From Burkholderiales bacterium (GTDB lineage: Bacteria; Pseudomonadota; Gammaproteobacteria; Burkholderiales; SG8-41): a stretch of 64,000 nt of DNA. Below are positions 45,647 to 54,437 of this stretch, piece after piece. The stretch is taken from assembly GCA_964203275.1 (NCBI GenBank), contig CAXNMF010000016.1:7723-71722 (forward strand), in the 5' to 3' direction. Positions within the stretch are counted from its first letter, which is position 1; each line of letters begins with the position of its first letter. Under the pieces are notes generated by a model that had not been told where the DNA came from, searched no databases, and saw only the letters and a list, made by a program, of their open reading frames with translations. The translations under genes and the position numbers were made by a program.

Positions 45647-47239
45647 ATGGAATATGATGTGATTGTTGTCGGCGGCGGCAACGCTGCCTGCGCGGCAGCC
45701 GTTTCGGCACGCGAAAACGGCGCCAAAAAAGTGCTGCTGTTGGAAAAAGCGCCCAAGGGCCAACGCGGCGGCAACACCCACTTCAGCGGCGCCATTTTCC
45801 GCTTCGTATTCAACCATGCCGACGAAATTGATCGTTTCGTACCCAATGTTGAGGACGAATACCCCGGTTTCCATGCTGGCGTGCCGACCTATCCGCACGA
45901 GGCTTTCACCGACGATCTGATGCGCGTTACCGACAACAAGTCTGATCCCGAATTGTCGAAACTGCTGATCGATGAATCGTACGACACCACCTGCTGGATG
46001 CAGGATGTCGGCAAACACCACTTCGAACTGGCCAAGTCCGTGATGGGCATCAAGGTCGGCGACAAGATCAAATGGCCCAAGGGCGCGATCGTGCGCACCG
46101 TGCACGAAGGCGTCGGCCTGTCGGAGCAGTGGTTCAAGACCTGCGAAGACATGGGCGTCGAGATCCGTTACGAAGCGCATGTGCTTGACCTTTCGATGAA
46201 CGGGCAGGGCGCGGTCAAGGGTGTTGTTGTCCGCGGCGAAAAAGGCCTGCAGACCATCAAGGCCGGCGCGGTCATCCTTGCCAGCGGCGGTTTCGAAACC
46301 AACCCCGCATGGCGCACGCATTACCTCGGTCAGGAATGGGGCCACGCCAAAGTGCGCGGCTCGAACTTCAACTACGGCGACGGCCTGCGCATGGCGATCG
46401 ACGCCGGCGCGATGCCCTGGGGCCATTGGGGCGGTTGCCACGCGACCCCGATTGTTGCCAGCGCACCCGATTACGGCCGCAAAGACCTCACCGACAAGAC
46501 CAATCGCCTGTCCTACCCCTACGGCGTGATGATCAACGTCGAAGGCAAACGCTGGATCGATGAAGGCGTGGATTTCCAGGCCTTTACCTACGCCAAATAC
46601 GGCGGCCTGATCCTCAAGCAACCGAAAAGCCTCGTCTACCAGATCTTTGATGCGAAGACGATGCACCTGCTCGAACCGCGTTACTCCACCAGCGAGCCAT
46701 TCCAGTCAGACACGCTCGAAGGCCTGGTCAAACAGCTCAACGTTGACCACGCGCAGGCGATGAAATCGCTGAAGGAATACAACGATGCCTGCGAACGCGG
46801 CGGACCGTTCAACGCCGCCGTGCTCGACGGGATGCACACCGAAGGCATCGACCCGCCGAAAACCAACTGGGCGCAGAAACTCGACAAGCCACCGTATGTG
46901 TCGTGGCCCGTCACCGGCGGCATCACCTTCACCTTCGGCGGTTTGAAGATCGACAAGCAGGCCCGCGTCATCTCCACCGGCTGGAAACCCATACCCGGCC
47001 TTTACACCTGCGGCGAAATGGTCGGCGGCCTGTTCCACTACAACTACCCGCTGGGCACCGGCCTGATGTCAGGCGCCGTGTTTGGTCGCATTGCCGGACG
47101 TGAAGCGGCGAAGGAAGCTGCGGGCGGCAAGTCCAAGGGCAAGGCTGTCAAAAAGGCGGCGCCGAAAAAGGCTGCAGCGAAAAAGCCTGCTGCGAAAAAA
47201 GCAGCCAAGCCGGCAAAGAAGGCGGTGAAAAAGAAGTAA
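45647..47239 (+). CDS. FAD-binding dehydrogenase (FAD_binding_2; fumarate reductase flavoprotein/TcuA-like) with a C-terminal Ala/Lys-rich histone-H1-like tail
   Basis: DVIVVGGGNAACAAAVSA dinucleotide motif and C-terminal LYTCGEMVGG. The tail is GKSKGKAVKKAAPKKAAAKKPAAKKAAKPAKKAVKKK. Confidence 0.8.
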   Translation: MEYDVIVVGGGNAACAAAVSARENGAKKVLLLEKAPKGQRGGNTHFSGAIFRFVFNHADEIDRFVPNVEDEYPGFHAGVPTYPHEAFTDDLMRVTDNKSDPELSKLLIDESYDTTCWMQDVGKHHFELAKSVMGIKVGDKIKWPKGAIVRTVHEGVGLSEQWFKTCEDMGVEIRYEAHVLDLSMNGQGAVKGVVVRGEKGLQTIKAGAVILASGGFETNPAWRTHYLGQEWGHAKVRGSNFNYGDGLRMAIDAGAMPWGHWGGCHATPIVASAPDYGRKDLTDKTNRLSYPYGVMINVEGKRWIDEGVDFQAFTYAKYGGLILKQPKSLVYQIFDAKTMHLLEPRYSTSEPFQSDTLEGLVKQLNVDHAQAMKSLKEYNDACERGGPFNAAVLDGMHTEGIDPPKTNWAQKLDKPPYVSWPVTGGITFTFGGLKIDKQARVISTGWKPIPGLYTCGEMVGGLFHYNYPLGTGLMSGAVFGRIAGREAAKEAAGGKSKGKAVKKAAPKKAAAKKPAAKKAAKPAKKAVKKK

Positions 47240-47265
47240 CCGTTTTCAGCGCAGTTAAGCAAAAC

Positions 47266-47296
47266 AAAAAGCCGGGGCGAGTCCCCGGCTTTTTTT
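47266..47296 (+). terminator. Rho-independent terminator
   Basis: aaaaagccgggg-cgagt-ccccggcttttttt. Confidence 0.85.
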
Positions 47297-47368
47297 ATGG
47301 GAGACCATACGTATTGGGTCAGTTGCAGCTTTATTGCTAAAGTGCGGCATCAGACTACAGGTATTGTC

Positions 47369-48259
47369 ATGTCGTTCTTGAAAAGTCCCCGCAAACTGAT
47401 TTACTTCCTCGGCGCCCTTGCAGGGTTCCTGATCGCTACCGCGTGGGTGCTGTATGCAGTGTTCACCTCCGACAGTTCCACTGCGGCCATCGGCCTGATT
47501 TTCGTGCCGCTGTACGGCGGGCTGGCAGCGCTGATCGGCTGTGTCGTGGTGTACGTTGGTTTTACGGCTGCGGATGTGCTGGCGGGGCGCCTGCCCTGGG
47601 GCAGCGTACGCGTGCTGACAGCTTCAGCGTTTGTGGCCCTTGCAGTGTTGTTCGGCGGCGCAGTTTTTTTGTATCGGGATGCGCTGGCCATTGCGGAAAA
47701 CCCGCAGTCGCCACCGGATGAACTGATGGCGGTGAGCCAGCGCTGGATTCCGCTGTGGCAACTGGAAGTGTTGCTGGCTTTGGCGAAGAATCCGGCGACG
47801 CCGGGGGCGCTGCTGACGGCGATGGCGGAGCAGAAAGAAAGCAATAATCTGGTCTCGCTGATTGGTGCGAATTCCGGTACGCCGGTCGCCACTCTGGAAA
47901 AGATTGCCGCCGGTTCGCGCAGTTATGAGCGTGTGGCGGGGGTCGCCGAGAATCCGCAGATCACGCCGGCGATTGCCGAGCGGCTGGCAAATGTGGCGCG
48001 GAAGGATTTTCGCGATGATCTGGAATACAAGCTCTACCAGACCTTTGTGCTGGCGGCGCTGGCACGAAACCCGTCAACATCGGAGCCGGTGTTCGACCGG
48101 CTGGCGGCCTGGGACAAGCCCGAATATTTTCTTGCGGTGGCGGTCATTTACGCCGAGCGTGCGACCTGCGCGCAGATCATGCGCGCTGGTGAAACCGGTG
48201 GCGAGAATGCGGTGTTGCGCAACACTGCGCAGTCGCAAATGAAGCGGCGGGGCTGTTGA
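47369..48259 (+). CDS. Membrane-anchored protein with leucine-rich-repeat-variant/HEAT-like repeats
   Basis: About four N-terminal TM helices, then repeats of the type LAKNPATPGALL, GANSGTPVATL, VAENPQITPAIAERLA and LARNPSTSEPVF. Confidence 0.55.
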   Translation: MSFLKSPRKLIYFLGALAGFLIATAWVLYAVFTSDSSTAAIGLIFVPLYGGLAALIGCVVVYVGFTAADVLAGRLPWGSVRVLTASAFVALAVLFGGAVFLYRDALAIAENPQSPPDELMAVSQRWIPLWQLEVLLALAKNPATPGALLTAMAEQKESNNLVSLIGANSGTPVATLEKIAAGSRSYERVAGVAENPQITPAIAERLANVARKDFRDDLEYKLYQTFVLAALARNPSTSEPVFDRLAAWDKPEYFLAVAVIYAERATCAQIMRAGETGGENAVLRNTAQSQMKRRGC

Positions 48260-48480
48260 GCGGCTTTCGCGTCGGTTCTTCAGAGGTTGGTGAGTGTCGT
48301 GTGCCTGCCACGTGCAGCCCCGGTTCTTTCATGCAGCAAGTTCTTATGTACGTTTCCGTACGGATACGTTAAACCCGGCAGGCTATCGTAAGGCCTGTGG
48401 GCCGTAGCAACGGCCCCAAGCCGGGTGGCGGCACCAACAGCCGTTGCCTAAGCAGGTTCATCCAGACAAGGAGGCCAGCC

Positions 48481-48690
48481 ATGAAAAAATCATCAGCTGC
48501 TGGGCGCGTTCCCGCGGGGCGCAAAGGCGCTGCGCCGGGGCCGTTTATTGAATCGGGAACCGGTGTCGCCGAAGTCAGCGGCCCGGGCCGGCAGGACGTG
48601 CGGCAGGAGACGCATCGGGTGAACGTGCCCAAGCAGTCCGAGCGCGCGCCGGAGCGCAGCAACCAGCGGCGCAGCCGCCGCCCCGTCTGA
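48481..48690 (+). CDS. Small Arg/Pro/Gly-rich (probably disordered) protein, translationally coupled to the Crp/Fnr gene
   Basis: AAGGAGG lies 6 nt before ATG 48481. Its TGA stop overlaps the ATG of the next gene (TGATG). Confidence 0.4.
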   Translation: MKKSSAAGRVPAGRKGAAPGPFIESGTGVAEVSGPGRQDVRQETHRVNVPKQSERAPERSNQRRSRRPV

Positions 48691-49433
48691 TGTCCGCCGC
48701 AATTGTCGCGCTACCTCCGTTAGCGCCCAACCCGCTGCAGAACCAGATTCTGGCGGCACTGCCGCCGGCGGAATATGCGCGCCTGCTGCCCTGCCTGGAA
48801 GTCGCGGAGCTGAAACTTGGCGAAGTCATTTATGAGCCCGGCGTTCCGATGAAACACGCCTACTTTCCGGTGTCCGGCATCATCTCGCTGCTGTATGTGA
48901 TGCACAGCGGGGCATCGGCGGAAATCGCGATTACCGGCAATGAAGGTCTGGTTGGCGTGTCGCTGTTCATGGGCGGCGAGAGCACCACCAGCCGCGCCGT
49001 GGCGCAGAATGCCGGCGTCAGTTACAGGCTTGAGGCGAATGTGTTGCGCACTGAATTTGCGCTGGGTGGACCGTTGCAGTATCTGGTGTTGCGATACACG
49101 CAGGCATTGATGACGCAGATGACCCAGACGGCGGCATGCAACCGGCACCATACGCTGGACCAGCAACTGTGCCGCTGGTTGCTGTTGAGTCTGGATTGTC
49201 TTGCGGGATCCGAGCTGGTGATGACCCAGCAGTTGATTGCCAACATGCTCGGCGTCACCCGGGAAGGTGTGGTCGGCGCGCTGGACAAGCTGCAGAACGA
49301 TGGCCTGTTGCGTCACAGTAACGGTGTGATCACGGTAATCGACCGGCCCGCGCTGGAGCGTCGCGTCTGCGAGTGTTACCTGGTCGTCAAAAACGAATTC
49401 AGTCGCCTGTTGCCCTACAAACTGGCGGCCTGA
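48690..49433 (+). CDS. Crp/Fnr-family transcriptional regulator
   Basis: cNMP-binding-like beta-roll and a C-terminal HTH (QQLIANMLGVTREGVVGALDKLQNDGLL). Confidence 0.85.
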   Translation: MSAAIVALPPLAPNPLQNQILAALPPAEYARLLPCLEVAELKLGEVIYEPGVPMKHAYFPVSGIISLLYVMHSGASAEIAITGNEGLVGVSLFMGGESTTSRAVAQNAGVSYRLEANVLRTEFALGGPLQYLVLRYTQALMTQMTQTAACNRHHTLDQQLCRWLLLSLDCLAGSELVMTQQLIANMLGVTREGVVGALDKLQNDGLLRHSNGVITVIDRPALERRVCECYLVVKNEFSRLLPYKLAA

Positions 49434-49477
49434 GCCGCAGCAGTTTTGCCACAGCAGCTTTCGGGACTCAGGCGCAG

Positions 49478-50431
49478 TCAGTCCGTGCGCCGCGCAGCCA
49501 GTTCAATCTGCTGCCTTCGGTGCTCCCGGCGTTTCATTTCGAGGTAAGCCTTGCGCTCCATTTCATGCAACTGGCGCGTGTAAAGCTCGGTGGCCGCAAA
49601 CCAGTCATGAAGGCGTTTTTCAAATTGCGCCGACAGTGGCTGTGACAAAGCGCCGAGGAAGGCCTCGATGGCAAGGTAATACCGCATGGTGTTGCGTTCC
49701 ACGGCGCCACGCATGCCGCCGATGTGCAGGGGCTGGCCGTTGGTTTTGGTGCCTGATTGCGTGAATCCCACCCGGTCGCGTCCGGTGGTGCCGAGATAGG
49801 CCTGCATCGCCAGCCGCCCCAGCAGTCCATACGCGTAAGCGTAGGAGAGGTGAATGAAAGTCTGTCCGTTGTCCAGCGGGATGGCTTCAAATATCAGGCG
49901 GTAATTGCTGGTACTCAGCGGACCATCGTCTGCGCTCAACAGCACACGCAGATAATTTTCCGTTCTGGCGCTGACACGATAGGCCAGATCCATCCGGTAG
50001 GTTTCGTCCAGGGCCTGGTGATGTTTCTCGCCGATGTTGATGTTGATCACGTTCCCGCCGCCGGCCTTGGCGGCGCGGCAGTATTTGGTATTGAGATGCA
50101 GGCTCAGGATGTCGCACCAGCGCTCGGCGTTGTTCAAGGTTGCGGACACCGTTACAAACGGGTGATCAATGACGGCATAAATGCTGCCCGTTACGCGGTC
50201 TGCAGCTTCGCCGGAATCCAGTGCCAACGGGCGCTGGAACGGGTTGTTGTTGAGCCGTTCCTGCAGGGCGCCATGCCGGGCGCGCAGTGTGTCGCCGGAA
50301 GTGGAAGGAGGGGTTTCTGCAGCGTTGACTGTGCCAATGCCGGTTCCAATGCACAGCAGAAGGACAGTCAATAAGTGCAACGCAGCCGTCCCCGGTCTGC
50401 TCGCTGTCCATTGAGTGTATGAGGTCGTCAT
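49478..50431 (-). CDS. Secreted protein of unknown function, co-transcribed with the PLD lipoprotein
   Basis: Signal peptide (LLTVLLLCIGTGIGTVNAAE). It starts 12 nt after the PLD stop. Confidence 0.55.
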   Translation of the reverse strand: MTTSYTQWTASRPGTAALHLLTVLLLCIGTGIGTVNAAETPPSTSGDTLRARHGALQERLNNNPFQRPLALDSGEAADRVTGSIYAVIDHPFVTVSATLNNAERWCDILSLHLNTKYCRAAKAGGGNVININIGEKHHQALDETYRMDLAYRVSARTENYLRVLLSADDGPLSTSNYRLIFEAIPLDNGQTFIHLSYAYAYGLLGRLAMQAYLGTTGRDRVGFTQSGTKTNGQPLHIGGMRGAVERNTMRYYLAIEAFLGALSQPLSAQFEKRLHDWFAATELYTRQLHEMERKAYLEMKRREHRRQQIELAARRTD

Positions 50432-50443
50432 GATGGCTTTTTC

Positions 50444-51868
50444 CTAGAGCCAGTATTGCCAGATGCCGGCGGCGGTTTCTTTCAGTCGGTCTGCGAGAGA
50501 CCGCTGCTGCCATTGTTCGAGGGTGATGGTGGTGGAGGCGGCGAGGTCGGTTTCGAACATGGCGCGCATTTGTGCGCCAAAAGCCTGTCCGAGGATGACG
50601 GCGTTGACCTCGTCATTGTGCAGAAAGCTGCGCCAGTCGAGATTGGTCGAGCCGACGGTCGACCATACGCCGTCGATCAGTGCCGTCTTGGAGTGCAGCA
50701 GTGCATGGCGACGCTCATGAATCTTGATGCCGGCATCCAGCAGTTCGGTGTAGTGAGCGCGACCGGCGTGAAAGACCATCCAGGAATCGGTTTTTGCGGG
50801 CACGATGATCTGCACGTCCACACCGCGTTTCACGGCATCCTTGAGCACGGCGATCAGTTGCGGATCGGGAATGAAGTAGGCATTGGTCAGGAGTACGCTG
50901 GTTTCGGCGTTGCTGATGGCGGAGATCAGCGTGGCATAGATCAGACTGAACGGTTCATCCGGAGAACTGCCGATGGCGCGTACCACTTCGCTGCCCTTGG
51001 CGGCGTGCTGCGGATAAAAGTTTCCGGTTGCAAGCGCCTCTCCCTTTTGTTTTTTCCAGGTTGCGAGAAACAGTTTCTGGAATTCACTGACTACGGGCCC
51101 TGTGACCTGTAGGTGCGTGTCACGCCACGGCATTGCGCCGGCGGCGCGTGGTCTGTTGTGTGTGCTGAAGGAACCGCCGGAATACACGCTGCTGATATTG
51201 ATGCCGCCCAAAAATGCGGTCTTGCCGTCGACGATCAGCAGCTTGCGGTGGTCGCGCTGGTTGACTTCCCATCCTTTTCGCGCGGTCAGCGGATTGACCG
51301 GATTGAATTCGAGGATGTTGATGCCGTTGTCGCTGAGGCGCTTGAAAAACGCCGCCGGCACATGAATGGTGCCGACACTGTCGTAAATCAGATTCACGGT
51401 CACGCCCTGCGACTGTTTTTCGATCAGCGCATCCGCAAAGCGGTTGCCGACTTCATCATCTTCGATGATGTAGGTTTCCATATGGATGTGATCGCGGGCG
51501 TTGTTGATCGCGGCAAACATGCGCTGGAAGGTGGCGGGGCCGTCCTGCAGCAGCACCACGCTGTTGCCGGTCATCAGCGGGCTGCCGACGATGCTTTCTT
51601 CGAGCGCCAGCTGCCGTTCGAAGATGTTGGTGTCCTGGCCGCGGCTTTTCAGCCGGTCAATGACGGCTTTGCTTTGTTGCGTCGTCAGGACGCCGTGAGC
51701 GCCAGTCATCTGGGCGGATCGCGCCGGGCTTGGCGCCATGTCGGGCACAATGTTCGGCAATGCGGCGCAACCGGCAAGAACTGCAAGCAGTCCTGCCGCA
51801 AGGAGCACGGTCGCAAGGTACTGCGCGGCCCAGTACCGGCCTGATGACTGTTTCAGTCTGTTGGACAA
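50444..51868 (-). CDS. Phospholipase D / cardiolipin synthase-like protein with a lipoprotein signal
   Basis: Two HKD motifs (HRKLLIVD, HSKTALID) and an N-terminal lipobox LAGC. Confidence 0.85.
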   Translation of the reverse strand: MSNRLKQSSGRYWAAQYLATVLLAAGLLAVLAGCAALPNIVPDMAPSPARSAQMTGAHGVLTTQQSKAVIDRLKSRGQDTNIFERQLALEESIVGSPLMTGNSVVLLQDGPATFQRMFAAINNARDHIHMETYIIEDDEVGNRFADALIEKQSQGVTVNLIYDSVGTIHVPAAFFKRLSDNGINILEFNPVNPLTARKGWEVNQRDHRKLLIVDGKTAFLGGINISSVYSGGSFSTHNRPRAAGAMPWRDTHLQVTGPVVSEFQKLFLATWKKQKGEALATGNFYPQHAAKGSEVVRAIGSSPDEPFSLIYATLISAISNAETSVLLTNAYFIPDPQLIAVLKDAVKRGVDVQIIVPAKTDSWMVFHAGRAHYTELLDAGIKIHERRHALLHSKTALIDGVWSTVGSTNLDWRSFLHNDEVNAVILGQAFGAQMRAMFETDLAASTTITLEQWQQRSLADRLKETAAGIWQYWL

Positions 51869-52069
51869 TCCCGTCGCCTGATTTACGCCGTAAGTGGCTC
51901 AACCTGAATATGGGGCTGCGGTCATCCATGTTCCGTACGCTGGCTCACGTACAGGCGCATCAGGGCAGTGTATGGGGAAGGCAAGGAACGGGGTGCTGGC
52001 TGTCAGGTTTACCTTTGGTTATCCGAACTGGCGATGGCATGGTCTGCCCATATCCGCCCAAACTTCGGA

Positions 52070-52702
52070 TTAACGGAAGAGCTTGGGAATCCCCGCGCAA
52101 TTGGCATGGCTGACGTTGGCTGGCACCTGGCAAGTCAGGTATTCGCAGAAGGTACGGGCCAATGCATTTCCGCGGCTCTTGCAACTGTCGGGGGTGGGAA
52201 GGTTGCTCAGAGGTGCGAATGCGCCGGGAGCGGCGCTGCCGCTCTGGAACGACGCAAAAAAATCACGCGCAAGCGGTCGTGGTAGGCCGTCTTCCGAGGT
52301 CGCGCTCAGCACCAGTTCATACTGCCGCCCGGCGCTGCTGACGAGCTTGTGCATGCTGAGCGTGGAGCCGACGCGAAACAGGAATTCGCCCTCGCGCAGA
52401 TCGGTGTCTTCCTGACCGATGTTGCGCGCATGGCGGTCGTCTCCAGCCAGCCGTTCCGTAATGCCGGAAGCGCTGGCGTTGAACTTGCGCGGGTCGTGGC
52501 GAAATACCGAAAACTGCACCGACTCAGTCTGGCTGCGGTATTCGATGCTGCCAGGATTTGTATCGATGACTGAGGGCGCCGTCGGCATCAGCACCCTGAA
52601 ATCACGCTCGGGCGGGCTGTAGGATGTCCATGTTTGAGCACCGGCAAACGTGGCGTGCAGTGATAAAAGTGTTGCGAGAATGATGTTGAAAATGTTGTGC
52701 AT
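52070..52702 (-). CDS. Secreted protein of unknown function with a Cys-containing C-terminus
   Basis: Signal peptide ending in AGAQ. Four Cys in the last 45 aa. The start is ATG 52702 (AGGAAA upstream), inside track ORF 52070..52717. Confidence 0.5.
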   Translation of the reverse strand: MHNIFNIILATLLSLHATFAGAQTWTSYSPPERDFRVLMPTAPSVIDTNPGSIEYRSQTESVQFSVFRHDPRKFNASASGITERLAGDDRHARNIGQEDTDLREGEFLFRVGSTLSMHKLVSSAGRQYELVLSATSEDGLPRPLARDFFASFQSGSAAPGAFAPLSNLPTPDSCKSRGNALARTFCEYLTCQVPANVSHANCAGIPKLFR

Positions 52703-52767
52703 GAATATTTCCTGCATGGGGTCGGATGTTGCCGGGCGAGTCAGTCTGGCGGCACAGGGCAGGTTGA

Positions 52768-53361
52768 TTAGATTTCCTGCGCATCCAGCGGCAACACTCG
52801 GACTGGTCTGAAAGGTTCACGGTTGCTGTGGTAAATCCGCATGCGAATGATGTTTTCAGGGTTGATGTAGCAGTATCCGCTTGCGATCCGCTTAATGCAG
52901 ATAACCGGCAGGTCGAGCAGGGTTTCGACCACTTTGCGCTCGGTTTCGCGATCGGGCAGAGTCCCCTTCACATGTACGTAATATTCCCAGCCTCCGGCGA
53001 GTTCGAATTGCAGCAGCGCTTCCTGAGGGCTGCCCGGCCCGCCCTGTTCGAGTTTGCGCCACTCCTTCCAGTGTTTTTCCAGTTCGATCATGAACGCTGT
53101 TTTATCCGCCAGCTGTTTTGCGCTGGTCACGCCGGCAGGCTGGATATCCTGCAGCGGCAGACCGGTTTCGACCTCAATCGCGGAGATGTGACGGGGGTTG
53201 AGCAGGGTAAATGGATTTCCGGTGCCGAGAATCAGCGAGCCCCGTGTAAACAGGGTGCGAGGATTCAGTTTTGTAATGACCTCCCCGGCCAGTTTTGAAG
53301 TTACCTGCTCATACTGTCCCCGCAGGCCGTTGCTCTTGAGAAGGGCGATTTTGACTGACAT
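52768..53361 (-). CDS. Hypothetical cytoplasmic protein
   Basis: 197-aa ORF that starts 27 nt after the upstream ICL/PEPM-family gene's stop. I recognised no motif. Confidence 0.5.
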   Translation of the reverse strand: MSVKIALLKSNGLRGQYEQVTSKLAGEVITKLNPRTLFTRGSLILGTGNPFTLLNPRHISAIEVETGLPLQDIQPAGVTSAKQLADKTAFMIELEKHWKEWRKLEQGGPGSPQEALLQFELAGGWEYYVHVKGTLPDRETERKVVETLLDLPVICIKRIASGYCYINPENIIRMRIYHSNREPFRPVRVLPLDAQEI

Positions 53362-53388
53362 GCTGCAAGCTTACCGGAAGTGTTGAGA

Positions 53389-54303
53389 TCAGCGTTTTTT
53401 CTTCGCGTTTTCCTTCTTGTACATCTTCTCGACAGTCTCTTCCTCGATCTTGTAATAGGCTTCGAGGCCGATCAGGTCTTCGATCTGTTTGCGCGCGGTG
53501 ATGTAATCCTTGCTCTTGATGCCGGTGTAGTCGCCGGTCTTGCGCAACTCCAGCAGCGCCTTGCGCATGAAGTGGAACTGCACGCCGACGGAGAGGATGG
53601 CGTCGATGCTGCCGGCGTAGCCCATGTCTTCAAGCTGCTTGAATGAATACAGCGGCCGGCCGTCGCGGTTGCCGCGGCTTTGCACATAAACCATCGGCAG
53701 TTTGCATTCCTTCGGCGCGCGTTTGGTTTCTTCCGGGGTGCGCGGGAAGATCAAGCCCATGTCGGCGCCCTGGTCGCGTGACATCAGCATGCGTTTGACG
53801 GCTTCCTTGTAGCCCTGTTCTCGGCAGGCATCGGAGCGGGCGATGATGACGAAGTCCTTGTCGGTCTTGTCGCGCTGTTCACAGGCCATACGGATCTTGT
53901 CGCGGAACTCATTGAAGGGAATATTGTGCGCGACATAAGTGTGGTAATGCGCGCGCTTCGGGAACAGCTGGTCTTCGATGTGCACGCCGGCGATGCCGGC
54001 GCGGATGCATTCGCGCACGGTGCGCATGGTGTGCAGCGGCTCGCCCCAGCCGGCGCCGGCATCCATTACCACAGGGATGTTCACGGCATTGGCGATGTTG
54101 CTGCCGACGGTCAGTTGTTCGTTCATCGACAGCAGCGGTTCGCTGATCGTGGTGCTGCCGCCGGTGACAAAGCCGCCGTTGTAGATGGTCTTGAAGCCGA
54201 CGCTTTCGGCGAGGCGTGCGGTCAGCGGGTCGTGCACTGCGGGCAGTTCGAGGAATTTGCCGGCTTTGACGAGGGCGCGAAGCTGGGTGGTGGCGCGTTT
54301 CAT
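53389..54303 (-). CDS. Isocitrate lyase/PEP mutase superfamily enzyme lacking the lyase loop cysteine
   Basis: Typical N-terminus (LPAVHDPLTARLAE, VVMDAGAGWG, VHIEDQ). The gating loop reads FPKRAHYH instead of K[KR]CGH. Lys-rich C-tail. The start is ATG 54303. Confidence 0.8.
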   Translation of the reverse strand: MKRATTQLRALVKAGKFLELPAVHDPLTARLAESVGFKTIYNGGFVTGGSTTISEPLLSMNEQLTVGSNIANAVNIPVVMDAGAGWGEPLHTMRTVRECIRAGIAGVHIEDQLFPKRAHYHTYVAHNIPFNEFRDKIRMACEQRDKTDKDFVIIARSDACREQGYKEAVKRMLMSRDQGADMGLIFPRTPEETKRAPKECKLPMVYVQSRGNRDGRPLYSFKQLEDMGYAGSIDAILSVGVQFHFMRKALLELRKTGDYTGIKSKDYITARKQIEDLIGLEAYYKIEEETVEKMYKKENAKKKR

Positions 54304-54437
54304 GAATATCCTTTCGGCGGAAATGGCGATCAAGCGTGACCTGTGCATGATAGCCAGCCCGCCATGATCTGAGGCCTTGCGGTCCGCATGTTGCTCAACT
54401 GTGTTTTAAGTCTTGTGGATGTTGCTGTGAAATTAAT

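Noticed and set aside
44034-45710. N-terminal extensions in the ORF track (for example PrpD-family 558 aa, 42850..43950, 12641..14509, 16239..17015, 53389..54348)
   Set aside because: Internal ATG or GTG codons with good SD sequences give proteins of the family-typical length. The extensions overlap upstream genes or repeats.
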